A DNA stretch of 63,923 nucleotides, the filler included, from Octopus bimaculoides (lineage: Eukaryota): the NCBI RefSeq assembly GCF_001194135.2. It is 6 parts of 5 records of this genome, joined end to end, with 100 filler letters (N's around TTAATTAATTAA, not from the genome) between each part and the next. Parts side by side here need not be neighbours in the genome. Positions count along the whole stretch, not along the records: positions 21,847 to 52,116 come from NC_068989.1; 5 more parts are not named here. One strand, written 5' to 3'. Shown one piece after another: positions 36,289-48,423 of this stretch. The first letter of the stretch is position 1, and the number at the start of each line of letters is the position of its first letter. Made by a program: the position numbers and the translations under genes. Below the pieces are notes generated by a model. That model saw only the letters and a list, made by a program, of their open reading frames with translations, had not been told where the DNA came from and did not search any database.

Positions 36289-36660
36289 CCACTGAGGATT
36301 GCTGGGGCACTGGGATATGTAACACACTGCCTAAATACCAATATTGAGAAATTAGGCATCTCAAAACCAGAAAGGGAAAAGCTGATTCGAAGACTACAGA
36401 TCCAATCCATCACTGAAACTGTAAAAATCTGTAAAACTTTCTAGAAGTTTATCATTTAAATATATATGAGCATGTCTAGATACGCAAGTATATGCATGAG
36501 AAGACATACATAAAACAAAACATACGTACATACATACAAAAATACCCTGTTATTGATGCTGAAATTCCAGCAAAAGAGGCTTGGATCTTGGTTAGAAATT
36601 ACCTCTTTCTCTATTGGCAAGAGATCTTGAAATAAAACTGAATAAGGACATACATACATG
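36289..36660 (+). mobile_element. R4/Dong-like retrotransposon 3' end (RLE C-terminus and 3' UTR)
   Basis: PLRIAGALGYVTHCLNTNIEKLGISKPEREKLIRRLQIQSITETVKICKTF*KFII*. The UTR ends in CATA repeats and is homologous to 57215-57775 (-). Confidence 0.7.
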
Positions 36661-36746
36661 CATACGTACGTACGTACGCACGCATGTACATATATACATA
36701 CATACATCTGAATATATGTGTATATATATTTTAAATCGGTACTTAC

Positions 36747-36951
36747 GCAATGAGTTCTTGATGAATTTTACCCGTAAGGTGAAACCCTGTCCTTTTATTG
36801 GAACATAAAAGTTAATAAGAGCTGCGTTCTGTGATGCAATGAACTTGCGTCTTGGCCTATTGATTCCACAATATCTTTCATCGTATAGATTCCTGGGTAG
36901 ATCGTTAGGACTGGGGAAGAATTGGTTGTTCAGTTCCCAACCATCAATGAT
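36747..36951 (-). CDS. CRHBP: CRH/CRF-binding protein homologue, internal exon (equivalent to vertebrate exon 4; CUB-like domain)
   Basis: Minus strand ttttgtcttttgtag|205 nt|gtaagt, phase 0 to 1. Translates IIDGWELNNQFFPSPNDLPRNLYDERYCGINRPRRKFIASQNAALINFYVPIKGQGFTLRVKFIKNSL(P). Matches CRHBP motifs DGWxL-FPS, SQNxAxI and GxGF (human from memory: VFDGWILKGEKFPSSQD...SSQNVAMIFFRVHEPGNGFTLTIK). Confidence 0.93.
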
Positions 36952-37061
36952 CTACAAAAGACAAAAGTAATAATTTTACTCATATTTTAGTATGTACGGA
37001 AATATTTATCGAATATTTTCAAAGTACAGATTTTTTCAGTAGTGTAAAATTTCACTAAGAA

Positions 37062-37333
37062 ACTAACACTTGAGTATTCCACTTGATCCGATCAACGGAA
37101 CGGCCTGTCCGTGAAATTAACGTGAAAGTGGTCAGCACTCCACAGACACGCGTACCATTAACGCAGTTCTCGGTGTGACACAGACTGTGACAAAGTTGGC
37201 CATTTGAAATACAAGTAGAGCACGTTCAACTGCGTGGAATGGAACAATGTGAAATAAAATGTCTTGTTTAAGGACATAACGTGTCACTGGTATTTGAACT
37301 CACAACCTTACGTTCACTAGCTAATAATCCTAT
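37062..37333 (-). mobile_element. SINE family D (tRNA head)
   Basis: Minus strand A-box-like gacttagttgttatagg and B-box-like gtgagttcaaatacc; related sequence at about 11900-12000. Confidence 0.6.
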
Positions 37334-38989
37334 AACAACTAAGTCATGCGCTTTCGTGTCATTGTACTTATTAGGGATAGTGTAAAATCTTCTATTTATA
37401 CACTATCATTCAGAAGAGATCTCGTTTAAAAGTAGGTTGTAAAACTCCTAGAAACGACTAGTTTTGTTATTTTTATTGTTGCTGTTTGGATATGAAGAGG
37501 TTATAGTGGTGGTGGTGGTGGTGTTATTTAGCCCCAGGTCAGCAAGAAAAACTTTTTCCTAACATCTATTTAGGACCAGTGAAAATTAAACTTGCCGGTC
37601 AAATGACTGTCGAATCATCCTTCTTGATTCATACAAACTACTGATCTTTGATATATATAAGAAGCAAAATTATTTCCTTTTTGAGAGAAAACAAATGATA
37701 ACTCTAAGGTTTCCATATGTTATTTACTGGGAAACAGGTCGTAATGGGATTCACAATATGTTTCCACGTGCATATAAAGCTTTTAGTCCAAGTGGAAAAA
37801 TGTAACTTTTTTAAAATTATTTTTTCTATTTGTTTGTTTTCTAAAATTAGTATAATCCCAATACAATAAAATTTGATACAGAAAGCTGATTTCGTAATTT
37901 ACAAAAATGCTGTTGGTATACTTCACCACAACTTCAAAAGTTGCAATATTTAGCACAGAACATTACTACCATTTATAAAATAATCGGAAAGTAGGGGGTG
38001 GCTAATTTAACATTGAAACTAAACTAAAATGCAAGACCCAATGTATGAACGAAAGTGTTTTTTAGGGAACAAATAATTTGTGAAATGTTCACATCATAAT
38101 GTGTAAATTGAGACAGAAGTTAGCTGAACCATAATGGCGAATGTGAAATACCTAACAATAGATTCATAAGTTTCTTTATTGATTTAGCATTGCAAGTGGT
38201 ATGAAACGATATTTTCTATTGTGCTGCTCTATGTTGGGATCGTCTTGTTGACAAACCACAGCAGTAATTGTTTTCACCTCAATAGACGTCATTGATTGGT
38301 TGAAATTACCGAAATACGACAACTTTAACACGAAATAACTTCGAAAAATAAAGAATTTTCTTAAAAACGCCAAGACTAAATGATGTTTTAAATGACACAT
38401 TCTACCAGCTTACGAAATTTGAAAGTGTTTAGTCACAAAAAATTATTTTTTCTATGTGCCGGCCAAAACGAAAAGATTGCATTTTAAAGCTATACCAATT
38501 ATACTATTAAAAACAAAAAAAATATCTGAATACATTTGTACAAAGTCAAGAAAGAGGTTATGAATTTTTAATTCAATTCATCATGAATTTGTTATCATTC
38601 ATTATGAAGTCAACAATAAACAGCATCCAGCAGTGAAACTACGAAAACTCAAGCTTGTCAGCAATTAAATATAAACCTTTGGTCCGAATCAAAACAAAAT
38701 CGAATGTCCATGGTTTTGTGTTCAATTACCGCCGAAGACGGCTTTGACTTTCACCTTTCCGATGCTGATAAAATAAGCACCTGTTGAGCACTGGGTTCCG
38801 ACAGTATGGGTTGAATATTGTTTTTAAGAGTGTAATGTGTAAAAAGAGGACAATATAGAAATGATATTGATTAAAGTAGTTACATGCATCCATCTGTACT
38901 TCCATCTATATCCAGACTTATATGTACACATATAAATATGTTCACACACACATACACACACGCGCGCGCGCATTCACACACACACACAT

Positions 38990-39183
38990 CTTCTATCACT
39001 TGCATCAGTCATTAGACTGCGGCCATGCTACGGCACCACCTTGAAGAATTTTTAGTTGAATGTATCGAGCCTAGTACTTATTTTATCAATCACATTTGCC
39101 GCACCGCTAGGTTACGGGAACGTAAACAAACTAGCATTGTTTGTCAAACCTTGGTGGGGGAACAAACACTCACACACGTGCGC

Positions 39184-39255
<72 letters not shown>

Positions 39256-39266
39256 GTCTGTCTGTC

Positions 39267-39303
<37 letters not shown>

Positions 39304-39722
39304 GACGGGTTTCTTTCAGTTTCCATCTATCTAATCCACTCACAAGGCTTTGGTCGGTCCGAGGCTATAGTGGAAGACACTTTCTCAAGGTTTTACGAAG
39401 TTAGACTGAACCCAGAACAATTTGGTTGGAAAGCAAGCTTCTTTCACGCACACACAAATACATATCTATAAAAGATATCGGTCACTCAAGTTTGAACATT
39501 CATCTGCACATCCAAACATGTTCATGTCAGCATGAATTTTTTAGAATGTTTATAAACCAATGTTTATACAGGGGAAAAGCCAACAATATCGTCGCAAAAG
39601 TGACCGATAGAATAAGTACTAGACTTGCAAAGAATAAGTCCTGGGGTCGATTTCTTCGACTAAATACGTTGCATTAGCATGGCCGCAGTCAAATGACTGA
39701 AACAAATAAAAAAATAAAAGAA
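38990..39722. mobile_element. Family B SINE (-, about 38990-39435) plus family B tail (+, about 39590-39722)
   Basis: Family B head and tail motifs; internal (TCTA)n. Confidence 0.8.
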
Positions 39723-41360
39723 TAATAACAGAATATATATATATATATANNNNNNNNNNNNNNNNNNNNNNNNNNNNNNNNNNNNNNNNNNNNNNNNNNN
39801 NNNNNNNNNNNNNNNNNNNNNNNNNNNNNNNNNNNNNNNNNNNNNNNNNNNNNNNNNNNNNNNNNNNNNNNNNNNNNNNNNNNNNNNNNNNNNNNNNNNN
39901 NNNNNNNNNNNNNNNATATATCAGTTAAGGAAAGGAGTATGGGAAGTCCAGGCTACATATGTTTCATAGTGAGTGGAACCTCAGAAGTGGTAAAATCCAA
40001 GGCGAGTATATACCACCGGCTACACTTCAGGCCAAGGATATCTTGATTAGATTAAAGGCCACATTGTCACAAAGAGACCCATATATATGCATCTATTATC
40101 GCATGGGGTATTGTTTTCTTTTCCTTTTATGCAAACTTTCCGATACTGCAATCAGACTAAGAAAAGAATACGAATTTGTTATTCCGCCTTATTCATATTT
40201 ATGTATATAATAGAAGGAAAACCTTGTTGAGTGCTTCCATAGAGACCTTTCGTGTTTTTCAGGAGCATAGTTTAATTTCATCACCTGTTTCTTTAGTCAT
40301 TAGTAGAGTCTATTTTGTTGCCAGCTTTCAAGTTAAGCCCGTGTTCTAAGGATATTTTCTTTAGATCTTCAGTGATGGATACCCTAAAAAGTTATGATTG
40401 CTTCTATTCCTTCTTTCAATGAGCAATATAAAATATTCTTCAGCACTGATAAGTTAATTTATATATAAAATGCAGCTTATGGCAAATGAATATTTCTTGT
40501 ATATGTATTTAAATGTGAGTAACAACGCAGCAGAATCAGTGCATGTATTTAGTTCAATGTTGGTATGATAAGAACTCCATACTTGGTATATGTGTATACG
40601 AAATAAAGATCATAATCTTTTCTCTATAAATCAGAACCAACATGCCTCTGTTCAATAAATAATTGCTTTTCTCATCAGATGCCGTATAATTCTATTTATA
40701 AGGGAAACCATTTTGTTTCAGAGAAACCACAATAATCCGGACAAAAGTCTCCAAGCTATATGGCGTATGCTTATTAATGTTGCTATGGAACATGTATACT
40801 TGTCATTTAACGGAATGACAAAGTGATTGATTTGTGTAGGGGAATGTAGATATGATGAGAGTGTGTTCCTTTTCATCTCTTTTATGTTGGTAACTTTATT
40901 TTCTTTTATCGTTTCTTGGTGTGCAACTTCAAATTACTTTAGGTTCCATTGAAAGAAACTTTTTATTTGCTTGACCGTATATATTTATATTTATCAATTT
41001 ATCTTTACATCTTGCTCCACCTTAATTCTCTATCTTTCTCATACACTAACACACNNNNNNNNNNNNNNNNNNNNNNNNNNNNNNNNNNNNNNNNNNNNNN
41101 NNNNNNNNNNNNNNNNNNNNNNNNNNNNNNNNNNNNNNNNNNNNNNNNNNNNNNNNNNNNNNNNNNNNNNNNNNNNNNNNNNNNNNNNNNNNNNNNNNNN
41201 NNNNNNNNNNNNNNNNNNNNNNNNNNNNNNNNNNNNNNNNNNNNNNNNNNNNNNNNNNNNNNNNNNNNNNNNNNNNNNNNNNNNNNNNNNNNNNNNNNNN
41301 NNNNNNNNNNNNNNNNNNNNNNNNNNNNNNNNNNNNNNNNNNNNNNNNNNNNNNNNNNNN

Positions 41361-41398
<38 letters not shown>

Positions 41399-42437
41399 TG
41401 ATATATTTATATATTACACACACATATATATGTATATATATACTTCTGTGTGTGTGTTTGAATGTGTGTTATTAAATTTACTGTGCGGTTCAGAACCTCA
41501 CGGCGAATAGTTTCATCCCAGTAGCGAACTTTAGAACCGACTAAACAATGACGAAACTAAAGAAATTACAGATAAATCGTTGGTAAGGTAGGAGGTTTTG
41601 CAATTGTGGCCGCTGGTGGAAGTTAGCTTATTTTAAGATTAATATTGTTTTGTTAGATATATTTATTTATTTTTGTATATGCGATTTCCCGTAGAGAATA
41701 TGAGCGTTTCATTGTCCTATATAATTTTAGTTTTATTTAAGTATGTGCTTGTTTGCATATGCTTGTTTATAGACGAGGTCGGTTTGCGGTGAACAGTGAA
41801 TAAACTATATAAAGAACTATCTTAGAAATGAAGTTTAAAATAATTTCTTTGCAGCGGTGTTTGTGTTCTTGAATGTGTATATGCGTGTACTTGTAGGTGA
41901 ATGTGTGTGTGTTTGTGTGTGTGTGTGTGTGCATGTGCATGTGTGTGTGTGTGTGTGTGTGTGTGTCTGTGTGTGTGTGTCTGTGTGTGTGCGCATGCTT
42001 CAGGGATATGAAACTAAGAACTGGAAAAGAAATGGAATTTGAATAGATAAAAAGAATATTAGGGAATATATATTTGACTGAAGTCACAACATGTCAGTTA
42101 GCAGTGGAAGTTAATGCCAGTAGAGCGTGGGTGTATTTTTTTAATGAAGTAGTGGGTGTTTGGGAGGGTAGAGGGGCGTGTGCATAATATCCGTAAAATA
42201 TTTGAAACTGGATAGTTTTCAAAGGCCAGTGTATGTGGTGTGTATTTGGGCTACGTAGATGGAACTGATGAGAGGTATTTCATTTAGATAAGTAAATTTG
42301 TGGTTTGTTGTAGAAGGGCACGGATTTTAGCTTTGATAGTTGATTGGCGTACGAGATGGGGAGATAATGGAAGGGTGAAAGATAGGGATAGGGAGATCTC
42401 ATGCAGGCAAGCGATGGTCTCAGTAGTATTACCACAT

Positions 42438-42843
42438 GGCAGTTTTTAAATACTACTTAGCGTGCGCGTACTACAAGAGCGTCGTAATACTGCATCGAGA
42501 CATCGTTGGCCGAAAGCAATTGTTCCGCACCGGTCGTGTAACTGCTGTATCACGTGATTTCGGCATGTTTTGTGCCTCATCATCAACAGGTATCCACTGA
42601 CCTTTTGTTAGCAGAATCTCCTCTCCACCGATATATTGAAAAGCAGTGAGTATCCAATCAACGGTGTTGCTCATGGGGTATTATTCGTCTTGAATAACTT
42701 CCATGTATAGAAGTTTAATGCATAAAAGCATTGAACTATTGGCAGCAAAGGAAATTTCCCCCGCACCGGTCATAGAATTGTTGTATCACGTGATTTTGGT
42801 GTGTTTTGTGCCTCACTACATTAAGTAGTATTTAGAGACTGCC
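42438..42843. mobile_element. MITE with 22-bp terminal inverted repeats and a possible AT target-site duplication
   Basis: at|ggcagtttttaaatactactta ... taagtagtatttagagactgcc|at (2 mismatches); internal 55-bp direct repeat at 42525-42579 and 42761-42815. Confidence 0.7.
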
Positions 42844-42921
42844 ATTACAGGAAGTGGTTTTATATTTGAATGCATGCAAATACTGAAGAGTGTATTTGTT
42901 GACGTGGTTATATGTTTATAG

Positions 42922-43627
42922 TTCTATATTTAAGAGATGAGGAACTATGTACGTTATTTACATTATTTACATTATTTACATTCAAACACAACGTTTCGGC
43001 TGATATATCCTCCAGCATTCTTTCGAACCTAAGGTATTTTTCGATGTTATTATTATTATTATTCAAGTCAGTTCAGGTCACTGCTTGGAATCGAACTACG
43101 CGATATGCCCGTGGGCAATTATGGAGTGAACTTTAAGGCTTATAAATCTAATATTTTTCTATCCTTCCTTAATACCGGTTCCCATATGCTGCTCATGTCT
43201 GCACTCGGTCTCCATTTTTCCATGCATGATCAGCTACACCCGATTTATTAATATCTCCTTGTATCACAGCTTTGTGATGTTCGTCTACGCTTATTTTGAG
43301 GGGGCGACATGTTTCGCCTTTGTATAACCTACTACAGCTGCTTGGGATGGAGTACACGCAGTCTTTGGTCATATTCTCTTGTATTGGTGGTTTTACTCGA
43401 AGGAGATATTTGCGAAGTGTTGTATTACTCTTGAATACTGTCCTGATGTCATATGGGCCGCATATCTTTTGTATCTTTGGGAAGAGGCCTTTCACCGAGG
43501 GTAGACAGACTGTGGACAGTTTATTGGCCTCATCCTCTTTCTTTTTTTATAATTGGAGTGGATAGTATACTTTTGAGGTAGTTGTTGCTTAATAGATTGT
43601 TATTTACCTTGATCATTTCTTCGTGGT
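42922..43627 (-). mobile_element. Penelope-like element 3' end: GIY-YIG endonuclease remnant plus terminal repeat
   Basis: VCLPSVKGLFPKIQKICGPYDIRTVFKSNTTLRKYLLRVKPP...CVYSIPSSCSRLYKGETCRPLKISVDEHHKAV...SGVADHAW; VY-YxGET-EH GIY-YIG pattern. Confidence 0.85.
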
Positions 43628-43875
43628 NNNNNNNNNNNNNNNNNNNNNNNNNNNNNNNNNNNNNNNNNNNNNNNNNNNNNNNNNNNNNNNNNNNNNNNNN
43701 NNNNNNNNNNNNNNNNNNNNNNNNNNNNNNNNNNNNNNNNNNNNNNNNNNNNNNNNNNNNNNNNNNNNNNNNNNNNNNNNNNNNNNNNNNNNNNNNNNNN
43801 NNNNNNNNNNNNNNNNNNNNNNNNNNNNNNNNNNNNNNNNNNNNNNNNNNNNNNNNNTATATATATATATATTTA

Positions 43876-43906
<31 letters not shown>

Positions 43907-43975
43907 TTATCTATCTAGCTATCTATCTATCTGTCTCTCTGTCTCTCTGTCGGCCTATCTGTTTCTCTCTCTCTC

Positions 43976-44020
<45 letters not shown>

Positions 44021-45466
44021 ACTTACACTCATGAGTACACGCATGCATGTATGCATGAGTATTTGTTGGTATACACGTTGTACACATGTCTTTCTACATA
44101 CTCTTTCCCGCCCAGCTGTCTACATCAGATATTATACCTGCCTTATCTTTTTTTCCTATAATTCCCACTTTTTATGGACTTTATGCTTTTTCTCTTACTT
44201 GTACCTGTTTTATCTTCCTCACCAATTACAACGTTTTATTTACTGTTTTTGACATTTTTTTTCACTTTCCTCGCGTCCCTCTCACAATAACAACATTCAC
44301 ATCCCACTCATCTCCACTCAAACCTAGCCAAACACCTGCACACCACACCATTCACAGACCCACACTATATTCTCACCCGGCCCCTACCGCTTCGATATCA
44401 TTTATAGCTTTATTCGAGTTACACCAATAAAAAATAATCCTATCACGTTCTCTCGAATTTCTAATTTCTGATGACGTACACAAATTTCAACCCTCGCTGT
44501 TAAAATTTGCTTTGGTCCAATGGTATAATATCTTTCATGGTTACAGACAGTGTGGGTTCAAGTTCCACGGCGAACCCTCGACTTATTCTAGCAAATGGTT
44601 TGCTTTTTCTTTCCCCTATATTTGTACGCTATTATTTATTGCTTTATCTTCTTTGCATTCTACTGATAAAAGCGAATTATTTTACGTTCTTTCGAAGTTT
44701 CTAAATTCTTATAACGTACACAACACACCCACACATACTTACATATATATGCTTATCAAACATAATTTACATAGGGGTACATGGTGTGCTATATATCTGT
44801 GTGCATAACAAGTTGAAATGTTAATTCAGTCAAATCAGTCCTAATGGCATTGTTTCAATTATCTTATACCGAGAAGATTTATGAGGAAAGACATTTTAGA
44901 TTCGATATTTCAGTTTTTGTTTCTTATAGCCAAAAATGCATTGTTTGGTGCATCATTGTTTAATTAAGGAATTACGATGAAATTTGGATCGTTAATTTCA
45001 AGCAAAATTGCGCAAACGCTTGGAGGCGCCCATGGTGATTTTTATCTTTTTCTCTGTTGGCTTGTGGGCTCCTCGTCGCTTAGCTATTTATGCTGATGAA
45101 ATAAAACCGTTCCAAATTGTAGTGTAATGACAGACTGATATTAAACGGCTTCAAAGTCAAAAGTCAGTAAATAGCAAACTCTATAAGAAATAGGTTGGGA
45201 GACCATTCTTTCAATTTTTTATTACATTCTTCATTATTTCTTCGAAAATTCAATATGTGAGATCTTGTAGAAGAGTGAAATAAGTTGATTGTTTGTGAAG
45301 AGTGAAGAATTTAACGCTTATAGCACGTCTATGAATCGAGTAGACAGTGAAACAATTCTGACATTGATTTAAGCGAATGAAATATCAATTATCGGGAAAA
45401 TTAAATTATAGCTTTCTGGGATTGCTTTGTTACCATTCTTAAAGACTGAAATCAATAAAGAAAAGA

Positions 45467-45507
<41 letters not shown>

Positions 45508-46206
45508 TATAGATAGATAGATATAGATACATACATACATATATATACATATATTTCATATGTGGATGTGTATATATANNNNNNNNNNNNNNNNNNNNNN
45601 NNNNNNNNNNNNNNNNNNNNNNNNNNNNNNNNNNNNNNNNNNNNNNNNNNNNNNNNNNNNNNNNNNNNNNNNNNNNNNNNNNNNNNNNNNNNNNNNNNNN
45701 NNNNNNNNNNNNNNNNNNNNNNNNNNNNNNNNNNNNNNNNNNNNNNNNNNNNNNNNNNNNNNNNNNNNNNNNNNNNNNNNNNNNNNNNNNNNNNNNNNNN
45801 NNNNNNNNNNNNNNNNNNNNNNNNNNNNNNNNNNNNNNNNNNNNNNNNNNNNNNNNNNNNNNNNNNNNNNNNNNNNNNNNNNNNNNNNNNNNNNNNNNNN
45901 NNNNNNNNNNNNNNNNNNNNNNNNNNNNNNNNNNNNNNNNNNNNNNNNNNNNNNNNNNNNNNNNNNNNNNNNNNNNNNNNNNNNNNNNNNNNNNNNNNNN
46001 NNNNNNNNNNNNNNNNNNNNNNNNNNNNNNNNNNNNNNNNNNNNNNNNNNNNNNNNNNNNNNNNNNNNNNNNNNNNNNNNNNNNNNNNNNNNNNNNNNNN
46101 NNNNNNNNNNNNNNNNNNNNNNNNNNNNNNNNNNNNNNNNNNNNNNNNNNNNNNNNNNNNNNNNNNNNNNNNNNNNNNNNNNNNNNNNNNNNNNNNNNNN
46201 NNNNNN

Positions 46207-46238
<32 letters not shown>

Positions 46239-46254
46239 GCAGTGTTGTAATTCT

Positions 46255-46428
46255 AGGTCTAGCAAAACCGTCAGCACCAGTGGCCAAACGCTTAGCGGCA
46301 TTACGTCCAGCTTTACATTCTGAGTTCAAATGCCACCGACGTCTATTTTACCTTTCATCTTTTCTAACATCGAAGTAATCGACTTACCCTCTCCCCTCAA
46401 TTGCTGGCCTTGTACCAAAATTTGAAAT
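46255..46428 (+). mobile_element. SINE family A, degenerate
   Basis: gcttagcggcatt..ctgagttcaaatgccaccgacgtctattttacctttcatc. Confidence 0.7.
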
Positions 46429-46898
46429 TCTTATGTACACGTAAACAAACGTGCATGCGGAGAGTATTTAGAAACGTATTGTCGCAAGATTTGGTTTATG
46501 TCTCCTTGTTTCATCTTACCTTAAAATTAATGTCATCATACAAATCACCCTTCTTTAATCCCTGAAACATTCATCTCGTTCATTCATTTCACCCACGCGT
46601 ATACTTTACTGTTCCCCCTTGTTACTCCCTCGCTTAATCATACTTCTTTACTTCCTTTACCTCAGTTTCTGATTATGATAATAATGACGAGAATCGTTCC
46701 CTTATTCTCCATTTACTAGTTATTTCATATTTATTAATTTTTTCTCTTATTTATGTTATGTACGCGTTTTGCTTTGTTTTGTTTTCCGGCATTTCTTCCA
46801 ACACATATAATCATGTGTTCACATGCATACACACAGAAACACAAACGCACACACGCACACACACACACACACACACATGTACGCACATACACACATAT

Positions 46899-46942
<44 letters not shown>

Positions 46943-47475
46943 NNNNNNNNNNNNNNNNNNNNNNNNNNNNNNNNNNNNNNNNNNNNNNNNNNNNNNNNNN
47001 NNNNNNNNNNNNNNNNNNNNNNNNNNNNNNNNNNNNNNNNNNNNNNNNNNNNNNNNNNNNNNNNNNNNNNNNNNNNNNNNNNNNNNNNNNNNNNNNNNNN
47101 NNNNNNNNNNNNNNNNNNNNNNNNNNNNNNNNNNNNNNNNNNNNNNNNNNNNNNNNNNNNNNNNNNNNNNNNNNNNNNNNNNNNNNNNNNNNNNNNNNNN
47201 NNNNNNNNNNNNNNNNNNNNNNNNNNNNNNNNNNNNNNNNNNNNNNNNNNNNNNNNNNNNNNNNNNNNNNNNNNNNNNNNNNNNNNNNNNNNNNNNNNNN
47301 NNNNNNNNNNNNNNNNNNNNNNNNNNNNNNNNNNNNNNNNNNNNNNNNNNNNNNNNNNNNNNNNNNNNNNNNNNNNNNNNNNNNATATATGCAGGTATAT
47401 ATCTATGAAATTTATATATAATATGAATATGTATAAATATAAATATTTAATTATAAATATGTATAAATATATAGA

Positions 47476-47530
<55 letters not shown>

Positions 47531-48367
47531 ATGTATCTACCATTAGGTATGGCTTCTGTGATATCTATTCTATTAAGCTATTTATATAATGATTCTTTTC
47601 GCTGTACCGCGTCAATTTTCTATAATATATAGGATTGCTTAGCTTGAACTCGAGAGCATTTATATTAATAGATATTAACATTTAAGTGTCATATCTATAA
47701 AATGCAAGACGTATATTCGAGAATATAATGCCTTTGTGTATCTTATGCTCATTGTCTATATTTGTGCTTTGTGATATGTGTGTGTGAGTTTGTCTATCTG
47801 TGTATGTGTGTGTGTAATCGTGCATAAGTGTTGGTCTTGTCTGTGTATACGATTTATTTTTGTCGATCTCTGTGTGGGATGATAAGCGAAATGGCGCAGT
47901 AGTAAGAGCATCGTACTGTTTTCTCTTCGGTATTTGTTTTGATTCCTTATGCCCTTAGTTCAAATATCACAAAGGACAGCTTTGCTTTTCCAGTCAAATA
48001 CCTAAGTCTAACCTCATCATCTCTCCTGGAATCGGTTACATTGCTCTGTTACAATGACTGTCAAGTACAATTCACTTTTGTTTCGCAGAACTGTAGAAGT
48101 GTTGAGGCAGACGCCAACAGTCACTTATCATAGAAAATGAAATATTTATCCCACCTAAACTTGAATGTTCTATTAGAACAAACCTTACTGCGGTGGTTAC
48201 CATGAGAGAAGCTCTAATACTGGCTTTGTGGTGCAAAATGAACTTTTTAACAAGAAAAGCATGTTACTGGAACATTTCGAAGATGGACCGATATGAACAA
48301 GAAGTGATAATAAAGAAGTTGCATGATGATTTCATATTCGAGTATTTTCTGTTTTATCCGTTTCTTG

Positions 48368-48423
<56 letters not shown>

